From: Thermomicrobiales bacterium
GTDB taxonomy: Bacteria > Chloroflexota > Chloroflexia > Thermomicrobiales > UBA6265
Assembly: GCA_039809985.1 (NCBI GenBank)
Contig: JBDHWC010000003.1
Coordinates: 1,183-65,182, forward strand
Direction: 5' to 3'
Length of the DNA stretch: 64,000 nt
Position 1 is the first letter of the stretch, and every line of letters starts with the position of its first letter. Made by a program: the position numbers and the translations under genes. Of the stretch, positions 45,533 through 54,796 are shown piece after piece. The notes beneath the pieces were generated by a model, which worked only from the letters and a program-made list of their open reading frames with translations, did no database searches and had not been told where the DNA came from.

Positions 45533-46558
45533 TCAGACCACCGTCCTCGTCACGTCGATCATCGCTCGCTTGAGCGCATCGGACTCCTCGGCCGTCCCCG
45601 CCGTGATCCTAAGATGGCGGTCAAACGCGGCACCCTGCGGCAGGTGGACCGCGATCCCCCGAGCGCGCAGTTCCCGGGCAACCACATCTCGACTCGACAA
45701 CTCGATGCGGGCCAGCAGGAAGTTGGACATCGTCGGCATCGGCTGCACCAGACTCAGCTTGCGCAGCGTGCGGAACAGCCGCGAGCGGTCTTCCCTTGCC
45801 CTCCGAATCAGCATCTGGCAGCCGACCGGGTCGTCGAGCGTGGCAACTGCGGCAGCCAAGCCACCCCCGGAGGCCTCTCCCGGGAGCACGTCCGCCACCC
45901 GTTCCAGCAGCGAGGGGCGGGCGACCGCGTACGCCAGCGGGAAGGCGTCGAGCGCGGCCCAGTTCTGGAGCGACTGCACCACGACGACGTTGTCGAGTTC
46001 CCTGACGTAAGGCAGAAGGCTCCTGCCCCCGTACCCGCCGTGCTGCTCGTCGACGACGACGGTCGCGAAGGCCCGTGCCAGACGCACCAGCGCTTGGCCC
46101 GGCAGCACCGTGCCGGATGGGTCGGACGGCGATCCGACGAAGACCGTGGCAGAGGGCGGCAACGCCTCGAGGATGTCAGGTTCCGCTGCCACCGCATGCC
46201 TGAGGTCGCGCGGCAACACGAGCGCGGAACGACCGATTCGCTGCGCGCTGCGTGCGATTCCGAAGTCGCCGGGGTCGAATCGGACGAGTTCTTCGGATCG
46301 GTTCGCATTGAGCATCAGAGCCGTGACCAGATGCTCGGGCCGATCGGCAAAGAGGAACCATTCCGGCGGCAACCCGGTTCGGGTCGAGAGCTGCTGTCGC
46401 AGTCGGGCCGCGAGAGCTGGCGGATACGGGTTCGACCCGCCAGCGGCCACGGCCTCGTAGACGGTCAGGAGCGGACCGCGACGGTTCACCGGCAGGTCGA
46501 GCCGCAACACGCCTCCACCCGCGGCCCCGCGCACGCCGGCCGCCAGCGAACTGCTCAT
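45533..46558 (-). CDS. HisC-like class I/II aminotransferase-fold protein apparently lacking the PLP-binding lysine
   Basis: ORF trimmed to the ATG at 46558 (ATGA overlap). Family blocks SPSDPSGTVL, VVVDEQHGGY, SNFLLARI and LRITAGTAEES are present. The SK(A)xGLAGLRxGY block reads SLQNWAALDAFPLAY. Confidence 0.75.
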   Translation of the reverse strand: MSSSLAAGVRGAAGGGVLRLDLPVNRRGPLLTVYEAVAAGGSNPYPPALAARLRQQLSTRTGLPPEWFLFADRPEHLVTALMLNANRSEELVRFDPGDFGIARSAQRIGRSALVLPRDLRHAVAAEPDILEALPPSATVFVGSPSDPSGTVLPGQALVRLARAFATVVVDEQHGGYGGRSLLPYVRELDNVVVVQSLQNWAALDAFPLAYAVARPSLLERVADVLPGEASGGGLAAAVATLDDPVGCQMLIRRAREDRSRLFRTLRKLSLVQPMPTMSNFLLARIELSSRDVVARELRARGIAVHLPQGAAFDRHLRITAGTAEESDALKRAMIDVTRTVV

Positions 46559-47385
46559 CGTGCGCCCTTGGCGAGGGCGACGGCACCCGCATCCGGCTCG
46601 ACGACCCCCTCCGGCCCGACGTGAAAGAGCCGGATGCCGTTCGTGACCGGAAGCGCCACGTTGCGAACTGGAACTCCGCCATGCGTCGCCCCGATCTCGT
46701 TGCCCAAGTGGGCATGACCGTGAATGGCCAGTGCGACCCCGTGGCGGTCGATGACGCGGCCGAGTTCGCTGTTGCCGAGCATCCAATACTTGGCGAGCGG
46801 TTCCCGCCCGAGCGTGGTCGGCGTCGGCGAGAAATGGGTGACGACCAAGCGCGCGTTGGATTCGAGCGCGGCCAGGCAGATTTCAAGCCGCTCCGTCTCG
46901 CGCTTGGAGCGAATCGCCAGCGCTTTCATCGCGCGCCCGGGGAACCGCTCAGGGCCGGCCTCCGGCCAAAAGCCCCCGCCGCAGCCACTGGTCCCGACAA
47001 TGCCCAGACGGAACCCGTTGTCGCCCGCGACCACCAGCGACTCGCCGTCGAGCAACTGGATGCCGCCCCGCGTCAGGATCCGACGAAACGCGACCCGCCG
47101 CCGCGTGCGGAGATCGTGGTTCCCCAGCACGGCGACGATCGGAATCCGGGCGTCGGAGAGGAACTCGACCGCGGCGTCGAGCTCGGTCAGCAAGCCGCTG
47201 TCGGTGATGTCCCCGGCGACGACCAGCAAGTCGGCCTGCCCGCGCAGGTCCGGCAGCGGGTCCAGGCGAACTGGGCGTCCGAACGCGCTGACATGCAGGT
47301 CGCCAGTGGCGGCGATCCGCGCGAACCCCGACGCAACGGCCGAACGGCGGATCGGCATGGGATGGCAGGTGACAGAAGGCTCCAT
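46555..47385 (-). CDS. Calcineurin-like metallophosphoesterase
   Basis: All motifs are present: GDLHV, AGDITDSG, LGNHD, VTHF, HGHAH. ATG at 47358 is an alternative start. Confidence 0.85.
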   Translation of the reverse strand: MEPSVTCHPMPIRRSAVASGFARIAATGDLHVSAFGRPVRLDPLPDLRGQADLLVVAGDITDSGLLTELDAAVEFLSDARIPIVAVLGNHDLRTRRRVAFRRILTRGGIQLLDGESLVVAGDNGFRLGIVGTSGCGGGFWPEAGPERFPGRAMKALAIRSKRETERLEICLAALESNARLVVTHFSPTPTTLGREPLAKYWMLGNSELGRVIDRHGVALAIHGHAHLGNEIGATHGGVPVRNVALPVTNGIRLFHVGPEGVVEPDAGAVALAKGAR

Positions 47386-47500
47386 ACGAGACGGAATCCT
47401 AGCCTATGCCCGGACCGCCCAACCCCTACCTTCGTCGCATCCGTCCCACCGTGCCGATCGCCGCGTCGCGGCCCGGGCCGCCTGAGATATCATCCCGCGC

Positions 47501-48712
47501 GTGAGCGATCGGATGGGGATCAACCCGCAACCTCTTCGCCGAAACACGGCTCGGACGTCTCGTCGACGACGGGGTTCGATGTTGTTGGCGTTCGTCGTCG
47601 CGCTGGCGATGACGATCGTGGGCCTCGGTTCCCCATCGGCGTCGGCCAGCGACGACGCCGCCCGGTTTGCCCCGCTCCCAGTCTCGGGGGTCACGGCCCA
47701 GTCGGCCTTCGTGCTCGACAGCAGTGTCGGCACCCCGCTGCTGGCGCTCAACCCCGACGAGCAACGATCCCCTGCCAGCCTGACCAAGCTGATGACCGCG
47801 TTGGTCGTGGTCGAGCATGGCGACCTCGAGGCAACGGTCACGATCGCCGAAACCGATCTCGCCTCCGAGTCGGAGTCCCGAGTCGGGCTCGTTGCCGGTG
47901 ACACCCTGACCGTGCGCGACCTGCTCGCCGGCTTGCTGATCCCCTCCGGGAACGACGCGGCGCGCGCCTTGGCCCGCACCGTCGGCCTCGTGCTCGACCC
48001 TTCCGCCGCCGACGCCGAGCAAGCGACGCGGGCCTTTGTCGCGGAGATGAACGCGACCGCGGCCAAGCTCGGAGCGGCCAATACCCACTTCGTCAACCCG
48101 ACCGGGCTCGACGTGGACGGTCAGCACTCCTCCGCCCGCGACATCGCCATTATCGGCGCGACGGCACTGCAGAACTCGCTGGTTCGCGAGTTCACGTCGA
48201 CCGTCAGCATGACGCTCAAGTCGACGGCGAATCCGGACGGCTACCCGATCCACACCACCAACGATCTCCTCGTCGACGAGAGTGTCCAAGGCGGCAAGAC
48301 GGGCACCACGGAGAGTGCCGGCGGCTGCGTCCTCACCTACTTCGAAGAGGGGCGGAACCTGATCATCGCCGTCGTGCTCGGCAGCGCGCTCGAGCATGAC
48401 GAAGAGGGGAATCCCCACAGTCCTGCCCGCTTCGACGACATGCGCCTGATCATGAGCAACCTCACGGCCGAGTTCCGCTGGGTCAGTCCGGAGGACCGCA
48501 CCAGTTTCCCCGGGTTGAGCGACGAGCTCTCCGCGTGGGACGCGGTGCTGGCGTCGGACGTCGACGTGCCGGTGCCGACCGACGCCGCGGACCCCGCTCG
48601 CTTCCGCCTTGTGCTCGGACCGGCCGCCGCACCGGACAACCCGGTTGGCACCGTGCGATTCTTCTCCGGGCCGGACCTGCTCGCGGAGCAGCCCGTGCTC
48701 CAAGGGAAGTGA
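47501..48712 (+). CDS. D-alanyl-D-alanine carboxypeptidase (S11 penicillin-binding protein)
   Basis: Signal/TM segment, SPASLTKLM (SxxK), PSGNDAA (SxN) and GKTGTT (KTG). TATCAT (47488-47493) lies 7 nt before the GTG. Confidence 0.9.
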   Translation: MSDRMGINPQPLRRNTARTSRRRRGSMLLAFVVALAMTIVGLGSPSASASDDAARFAPLPVSGVTAQSAFVLDSSVGTPLLALNPDEQRSPASLTKLMTALVVVEHGDLEATVTIAETDLASESESRVGLVAGDTLTVRDLLAGLLIPSGNDAARALARTVGLVLDPSAADAEQATRAFVAEMNATAAKLGAANTHFVNPTGLDVDGQHSSARDIAIIGATALQNSLVREFTSTVSMTLKSTANPDGYPIHTTNDLLVDESVQGGKTGTTESAGGCVLTYFEEGRNLIIAVVLGSALEHDEEGNPHSPARFDDMRLIMSNLTAEFRWVSPEDRTSFPGLSDELSAWDAVLASDVDVPVPTDAADPARFRLVLGPAAAPDNPVGTVRFFSGPDLLAEQPVLQGK

Positions 48713-50022
48713 CCCGGAACTCGCCCGTCAGCCCGGAGGTCGCGACGATCGACGCCAGCGAACGACTGCAACGCGTCCTCTCCGCCCGCGGCGTCGAGTC
48801 CCGGCGCAAGGCCGAGGACCTCATTCGGGCCGGACGGGTGACGGTCGACGGCGCGACGGTGACCGAACTCGGCACCAAGGTTGATCCCCGGCGCGCCCGC
48901 ATCACCGTCGACGGTCAGGTCCTCCGGCCGCAACGGCTCCGCTACATCCTGCTGAACAAGCCGATTGGCTACATCACCACCACCGACGACGAACGGGGTC
49001 GGCGCACCGTGATGGACTTGGTCAACGTCCCGGAGCGGGTCTACCCGGTCGGCCGTCTCGACCGGGACACGGAGGGGCTCCTCCTCCTGACCAACGACGG
49101 CGACGTCGCCAACCGCGTCATGCATCCACGCTACGGATTGGCGAAGGAGTACAACGTCCTCACCGACCGCCGGCCGATTGACCCGGTCATGGAGCGCGTC
49201 CGGCGCGGCACCACCATCGACGGCAGGACGGTCGTACCCGAAGAGTTCCGCATCCTGCGAGAGACGCGGGACGGCCCGTTGCTGACGATCACCATCCACG
49301 AGGGCACCAAGCACCTCGTGCGGCGGGTCATGGAGCAGGCCGGCATCCGCGTCGTCCGCCTCCGCCGCGTGCGGCTCGGACCGCTCTCGCTGGCCGGCAT
49401 CCGGGAAGGCACGTACCGGGAACTGACCTCCGGGGAACTGAACTCACTCTTCGAGGCCCTCCGCATCCACGGGGCCGAGGAGCGACCGATCGCGCCGACC
49501 GGAGTCAAGACCGGACCGCCGATTCGGCTGCGCGATTCTTCCCGCCCGAAGCCCGTCCGGTCTCCGGACACCCCGAGGCAGGACGGGCCGGCTCAGAAAC
49601 CAGACGGCGGGCAAGCGCACTCCGGGGCTGCAGCTCATCACCGGAACAGCCTTCCGGAGCAGGACGACCCGCGTCGACGCACGACCGGTGGCAACGACGA
49701 CGCCAGCCACCGCCAGCGGGGCCCGCGGGACGACGCGCAAGGAGGGCCTCGGCCCGACAATCGGCGCTACGCACGCACGCCTCACGAGGACGACGACCCG
49801 CAGATCCCGAGGAAGCGACGACCTGCCAAGAAATCCGCCGCCGAGAAGGCCAATCGCCCTCCGTCGCCGACCAAGGGCGTGGTGCGAGGGCGAGGTCGCA
49901 AGATTGACGGAAGCCCGCCACCACCGCCAAAGAAGACCTCTCGCCATCGGAGCAAGTCGTCTCCACCGCGACGACCAGCCCCGCCGCCCGATCCGGCAAG
50001 GGCAGACGATGACCGACCATAG
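48709..50022 (+). CDS. rluB: Pseudouridine synthase (RluB/RsuA family) with a long basic C-terminal tail
   Basis: The GTG at 48709 overlaps the upstream stop (GTGA). S4 domain ERLQRVLSARGVESRRKAEDLI, catalytic VGRLDRDTEGLLLLTNDG, then about 190 Arg/Pro/Lys-rich residues. Confidence 0.85.
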   Translation: MTRNSPVSPEVATIDASERLQRVLSARGVESRRKAEDLIRAGRVTVDGATVTELGTKVDPRRARITVDGQVLRPQRLRYILLNKPIGYITTTDDERGRRTVMDLVNVPERVYPVGRLDRDTEGLLLLTNDGDVANRVMHPRYGLAKEYNVLTDRRPIDPVMERVRRGTTIDGRTVVPEEFRILRETRDGPLLTITIHEGTKHLVRRVMEQAGIRVVRLRRVRLGPLSLAGIREGTYRELTSGELNSLFEALRIHGAEERPIAPTGVKTGPPIRLRDSSRPKPVRSPDTPRQDGPAQKPDGGQAHSGAAAHHRNSLPEQDDPRRRTTGGNDDASHRQRGPRDDAQGGPRPDNRRYARTPHEDDDPQIPRKRRPAKKSAAEKANRPPSPTKGVVRGRGRKIDGSPPPPPKKTSRHRSKSSPPRRPAPPPDPARADDDRP

Positions 50023-50728
50023 CCACGTCGTCGCCATCGACGGCCCGGCTGCGGCCGGCAAGTCAACGGTCGCCCGCCTGCTCGCAGAACGCCTCGGTGC
50101 GATGCTGTTCGACACCGGCACGCTCTACCGCGCCCTGACCCTCGCCGCCCAGAGAAACGGGGTGTCCGCCGACGACGGCCCTGCCCTGGCGCGGCTGGCC
50201 GAGCAGAGCCATCTCGACATCCTCCCGCCGTCGCAGGGGGACGGCCGGCTCTACGACGTCATGCTCGACGGTGAGGACGTCACCTGGCCGATCCGCGACC
50301 CGAGAGTCGAGGCGAACGTCTCCGAGGTGGCGGCGCACCAGGCCGTGCGTGACGCCCTGCTCCCGGCCCAGCGGCGAATCGCCACCGGCCGGGTGGTCAT
50401 CGTCGGCCGCGACATCGGCTCGGTGGTGGTTCCCGACGCGTCGGTCAAGGTCTTCCTCGAGGCGAGCGTCGAGGAGCGGGCTCGCCGCCGCTATCGGGAA
50501 CTGGTTCAGCGTGGCCAGCAGCCTGACTTCGAGAACGTCCTGCGCGACTTGCGCGCCCGCGACGAGATCGACTCCACGAGAAGCGCGTCCCCCCTTCGGG
50601 TTCCCACCGGCGCCTTCGTGCTGGCCACCGACGGGATGACCGTCGACGAGGTGGTCGACCGACTGGAGGCCGTGGTTCGCGAGACTTGGTCGAGTCTGGC
50701 CGCCGCGCCGATCGCGTCGAGGCCATGA
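50009..50728 (+). CDS. cmk: Cytidylate kinase
   Basis: ORF trimmed to MTDHSHVVAIDGPAAAGKSTVARLLAERLG. Confidence 0.94.
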   Translation: MTDHSHVVAIDGPAAAGKSTVARLLAERLGAMLFDTGTLYRALTLAAQRNGVSADDGPALARLAEQSHLDILPPSQGDGRLYDVMLDGEDVTWPIRDPRVEANVSEVAAHQAVRDALLPAQRRIATGRVVIVGRDIGSVVVPDASVKVFLEASVEERARRRYRELVQRGQQPDFENVLRDLRARDEIDSTRSASPLRVPTGAFVLATDGMTVDEVVDRLEAVVRETWSSLAAAPIASRP

Positions 50729-51459
50729 CCAAGGACCCGCCCGGAGCCGAGTGGCGCGACGGGCATCGCCGATGGCCGGCGGTGATGGCCGCTCAGCGGG
50801 TTGTCGACCCGAGCCTCCGGGCCGTGGCGGGGCTGACGGTGCGCGGAGGGGAGAACGTCCCCAGGACCGGCCCGCTGCTCGTCGTCGCGAACCATGTCCA
50901 CAATGCCGACACCGTGCTGCTCTGGCTCGCCGTGAACCGTGCCCTGCACTTCATGGGAAAGCAGGAACTGTTCGACGTTCCGGTCCTCGGGTCACTGATT
51001 CGCGCGCTGGGTGGCTTTCCAGTTGACCGGGGAGCCGCGGACCGCTCGGCGATCCGCACCGCCGAGGAACGCCTCGCCCTCGGCTACGCCGTGGCCATGT
51101 TCCCCGAGGGGACCCGGTCGCCGACCGGCCGGCTCCAAGCCGGTCATCCCGGGGCCGGCCTGATCGCGCTGCGCAGCCGTGCGCCAATTCTGCCCGTCGG
51201 GATCAGTGGCACCCGCCGCTTTCCCTTCGGGCGCTCCGGTGAGAACACGGGCAACCCGCGCTTCGGGCGCGGGCACGCGGTGGTCACCGTCGGAAAACCG
51301 TTCAACCTTCCGGACGAAATCGTCAAGCAGCGGGGGGCTGCTGCCGCCGCAACCGCCCTGATGATGACGGAAATCAGCAAGCTGCTTCCGCCGGACCAGC
51401 GCGGTGACGAGACCGAAGACGAGTCCGCGGCCTCCGCCGCCCAGACTCCGGGCCGCTAG
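50725..51459 (+). CDS. plsC: 1-acyl-sn-glycerol-3-phosphate acyltransferase
   Basis: ATGA overlap with cmk. Contains the NHVHNAD (HX4D) and FPEGTRS motifs. Confidence 0.9.
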   Translation: MTKDPPGAEWRDGHRRWPAVMAAQRVVDPSLRAVAGLTVRGGENVPRTGPLLVVANHVHNADTVLLWLAVNRALHFMGKQELFDVPVLGSLIRALGGFPVDRGAADRSAIRTAEERLALGYAVAMFPEGTRSPTGRLQAGHPGAGLIALRSRAPILPVGISGTRRFPFGRSGENTGNPRFGRGHAVVTVGKPFNLPDEIVKQRGAAAAATALMMTEISKLLPPDQRGDETEDESAASAAQTPGR

Positions 51460-52772
51460 CTGTCCTCGAGCTCGAACTCCTCGCCCCAGATCAGCTCGCG
51501 GCCGGCGATCTCGACCACGTCGCCCGCCTCGACGCCACGCCGCTCAAGCTCCCGGTTGATGCCGCTGCGGTCGAGCACTCGCTGGTACCGCTCGGCGGAG
51601 TCGGGGTTGTCGAAGTTCGTCATCCGGGTGAAGCGCTCGATGCCGACGCCCGTCACCGACCAGAGGCCCGGGGCGACCGTGTGCACCTGCCACGCCCGCT
51701 CGTCGGTGTTGTCGATGGTGTACACCCTGCGCTCTCGCTGGACCGGCTTCTCGGCCTCCAGGCGCTCGATCTCGCGCAGTTCGGTACCGACGGCGTTCAT
51801 CAGCTCAGGGACGCCCTCACCCGTTGCGGCCGAGAGGTCGAAGGTGCGGAATCCCTCGGCCCCGAGCACCGACCGCAGGTGCGGCAGGCGGTCGCGCGCC
51901 TCGACGAGGTCGACCTTGTTCAGGGCGACGAGCATCGGCTTCGAAGCCAGGTCGGCGTGGTAGTCGCGCAGTTCCTCGTTGATCGTCCGGAAGTCTGCGA
52001 GCGGATCACGCCCCTCCAGACCGCCGGAGGCATCGAGGACGTGGACCAGCAGACGGGTTCGCCGCACATGGCGTAGGAACTCGTGCCCGAGCCCCGCGCC
52101 CTCGGCTGCCCCCTCGATCAGGCCGGGGATGTCGGCCAACACGAACGTCTGGCCGGCGGACCCGCCCAGCTCGACGACGCCGAGGTTCGGCTCGAGGGTC
52201 GTGAACGGGTAGGAAGCAATCTTCGGCCGGGCCCGCGTCGCGGCCGACAGCAACGTCGACTTGCCGGCGTTCGGCAACCCGACCAGGCCGACATCGGCGA
52301 TCAGCTGCAGCTCCATCCGCAGCCAGCGCTCGTCGCCCGGCTCGCCGAGCTCGGCGGTGCGCGGCGCTTGCCGGACCGACGTCTTGAAATGCACGTTGCC
52401 AAGCCCGCCGCGGCCTCCCTTGGCGACGATCACCTCGTCCCCGGGCAGCACGAGATCGGCGATCAGCTGGTCGGTGCCATCGTCCCAGACGAGCGTCCCG
52501 GGCGGCACCTCCACGTACAGGGTCTTGCCCGACGGACCGTGTCGCTGCTGGCTGCGGCCCGGCCCGCCGCTGTCGGCGCGGAACTGGGCCGTGTACTGGA
52601 ACTGGGTCAGACTGGTCAGACTCTGGCGGACCCGCAGTCGGACGTCCCCACCGCGGCCGCCGTCGCCGCCGTCCGGCCCGCCGCGCGGGATGTACTTCTC
52701 CCGACGGAACGAGGACGACCCGTTGCCGCCGTCACCGCCCTTGACGAAGATGCGAGCGCGATCGACGAGCAC
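51456..52772 (-). CDS. obg: GTPase Obg/CgtA
   Basis: Gly-rich Obg fold (KGGDGGNGSSSFRREKYIPRGGPDGGDGGRGG), G domain (GLPNAGKST) and a C-terminal OCT extension. Confidence 0.96.
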   Translation of the reverse strand: MLVDRARIFVKGGDGGNGSSSFRREKYIPRGGPDGGDGGRGGDVRLRVRQSLTSLTQFQYTAQFRADSGGPGRSQQRHGPSGKTLYVEVPPGTLVWDDGTDQLIADLVLPGDEVIVAKGGRGGLGNVHFKTSVRQAPRTAELGEPGDERWLRMELQLIADVGLVGLPNAGKSTLLSAATRARPKIASYPFTTLEPNLGVVELGGSAGQTFVLADIPGLIEGAAEGAGLGHEFLRHVRRTRLLVHVLDASGGLEGRDPLADFRTINEELRDYHADLASKPMLVALNKVDLVEARDRLPHLRSVLGAEGFRTFDLSAATGEGVPELMNAVGTELREIERLEAEKPVQRERRVYTIDNTDERAWQVHTVAPGLWSVTGVGIERFTRMTNFDNPDSAERYQRVLDRSGINRELERRGVEAGDVVEIAGRELIWGEEFELEDS

Positions 52773-52875
52773 GACGTCACCTCAGGCGCGACGCACCGGC
52801 CGCGATCGACCGGTGCCCCGTGCAGGCTAGCGAGTGGCACGTGGTCTCCGCAACCAAGCACGGTCGTGGGCCCCG

Positions 52876-54546
52876 CTACTCGAGGTAGTCCTTGAGCTTC
52901 TTGGAGCGGCTCGGGTGGCGCAGCTTCCGCAGCGCCTTGGCCTCGATCTGCCGAATGCGCTCCCGCGTCACCCCGAACGCTTTCCCCACCTCCTCGAGCG
53001 TCCGGCTCCGACCGTCCTCCAGCCCGAACCGCATCGCCAGCACCTGCCGCTCTCGCTCAGAAAGCGTGCCCAGCACGTCCTCCATCTGCTCCTTCAGCAT
53101 CTGGCGGGACGCGGCGTCGGCCGGCGCGAGAATCTTGGTGTCCTCGATGAACTCCCCGAGGTTGCTGTCCTCTTCCTCGCCGATCGGCATCTCGAGCGAG
53201 ACCGGTTCCTGCGAGATCTTGACGATCTCGCGCACCCGCTCCGGATCGAGCTGCATCTCCGCCCCGATCTCCTCCGAGGTCGGTTCGCGCCCGAGTTCCT
53301 GCTGCAACCGACGCGAGGTCCGGATCAGCCGGTTGATCGTCTCCACCATGTGGACCGGAATCCGAATCGTCCGCGCTTGGTCAGCGATCGCGCGGGTGAT
53401 CGCCTGTCGGATCCACCACGTCGCGTAGGTGCTGAACTTGAACCCCTTGTGGTGCTGGAACTTCTCGACCGCGCGGATCAGCCCGAGATTCCCCTCCTGG
53501 ATCAGGTCGAGCATCGACATGCCGCGACCGACGTACTTCTTGGCGACCGAGACGACGAGCCGCAGGTTCGCCTCGGTCAGGCCAACCTTCGCCCGCGAGC
53601 CGAACTCGATGTAGTCGTCCCAGCGCTTGCGCAGACGGTCGCCCATCTCGCCCAGCGCCGACTCGACCTGCGACTCCTCGGGCCACGTGCCGACGTCGCG
53701 GATCATGTTCTGCACCGCCAGCGGCAGCAGGTCCCACTCGACGACGCGCAGGCGCAACGACTCCTCGAGTTCGTCCAGGCCGCAGCCAATGGTGGCCGCG
53801 ACCTGCTGAGGGACGCCGTCCGGGAGATTGGGCAGCGGCAGCACCCGCTGGAGGCAGACCGATCGCGGCGGCAGGGATCGGCCCGGTCCGGCAGCGACAC
53901 ACACCCCCTCGACTGCCGCCCAGCCGTCGCGAAACGCCCGAAAGATCGCCATGCCGATGGCCACGGGATCGTCCGACAGACCATCGCGCGCGAGCCCGGA
54001 GCGCAGTTGCAGCAGGTACTCACCGCGCTCCATGGCCTTGGCGAGGCCGACCTCCCGCTCGCTGGTCAGCAACGGCACCCGCCCGATCTCGCGCAGGTAC
54101 ATCCGAACCGGGTCGTCGAGACTGATCCCGCCGATGTCGAAATTGACGCTTTGAAGGTCGAGGGACATTGCCTCGTCGGCTTCGGCCGCCAGTCCGTCCG
54201 GAATGGTGACGACGGTTGCCAGCGCCGAGCCGAGGTCCGCGAGGACAAGGTCGTCGATGACCTCGATCGACTGCTCCCCCGGCAGCTCGGCGTCGTCGTC
54301 CTCGTCCTCGACCAGCTCGTAGTCGGGTGACTCGTCGTCGAGACCGGGAACGCTTGCCTCGGCCGCGTCATCCTCGATGGTGTCGGCGCCGACGATGTCG
54401 CTTGCGACCGGAGTTTCGGTCTCGTCCCGCGCCTTCGCCTTCCCGGCTGAGCGCGCCCTCGACGGGCGGATGGTCGAAGACTCCACGATACTTGTCGCCG
54501 ACATCGACCCCGCCTCGTCTTCCGCGTCGCTCGCTCGGTGTGGCAC
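52876..54546 (-). CDS. rpoD: Primary RNA polymerase sigma factor (sigma-70 family)
   Basis: Regions 1.2-4.2 are present ([47 protein letters not shown]). The start is ambiguous: GTG 54546 (after GAGGTGA) or ATG 54504 (after GAGGCGGGG). Confidence 0.95.
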   Translation of the reverse strand: MPHRASDAEDEAGSMSATSIVESSTIRPSRARSAGKAKARDETETPVASDIVGADTIEDDAAEASVPGLDDESPDYELVEDEDDDAELPGEQSIEVIDDLVLADLGSALATVVTIPDGLAAEADEAMSLDLQSVNFDIGGISLDDPVRMYLREIGRVPLLTSEREVGLAKAMERGEYLLQLRSGLARDGLSDDPVAIGMAIFRAFRDGWAAVEGVCVAAGPGRSLPPRSVCLQRVLPLPNLPDGVPQQVAATIGCGLDELEESLRLRVVEWDLLPLAVQNMIRDVGTWPEESQVESALGEMGDRLRKRWDDYIEFGSRAKVGLTEANLRLVVSVAKKYVGRGMSMLDLIQEGNLGLIRAVEKFQHHKGFKFSTYATWWIRQAITRAIADQARTIRIPVHMVETINRLIRTSRRLQQELGREPTSEEIGAEMQLDPERVREIVKISQEPVSLEMPIGEEEDSNLGEFIEDTKILAPADAASRQMLKEQMEDVLGTLSERERQVLAMRFGLEDGRSRTLEEVGKAFGVTRERIRQIEAKALRKLRHPSRSKKLKDYLE

Positions 54547-54796
54547 TAGCGTTCACCTCGGTGGAGATCGCCGCGAGACGGGACCGACGGCGAAATCCGG
54601 GTCGGGCACAGCAGCGCGCCCCGACCCCGAATTGATCCTGGTCTGCCAACTTCAACGGCCATGGGACGGGGCTCAGGGTCGGGGCGACCGGCGGCGCCAC
54701 TCGCCGCTCGGATCGCGGGACGGATGCCGCTGACTGACGGCGGGAATCGCGCAACGCTACTACGCATCCGTCCGCGGTCGCAACCGAGCCGTTCCG

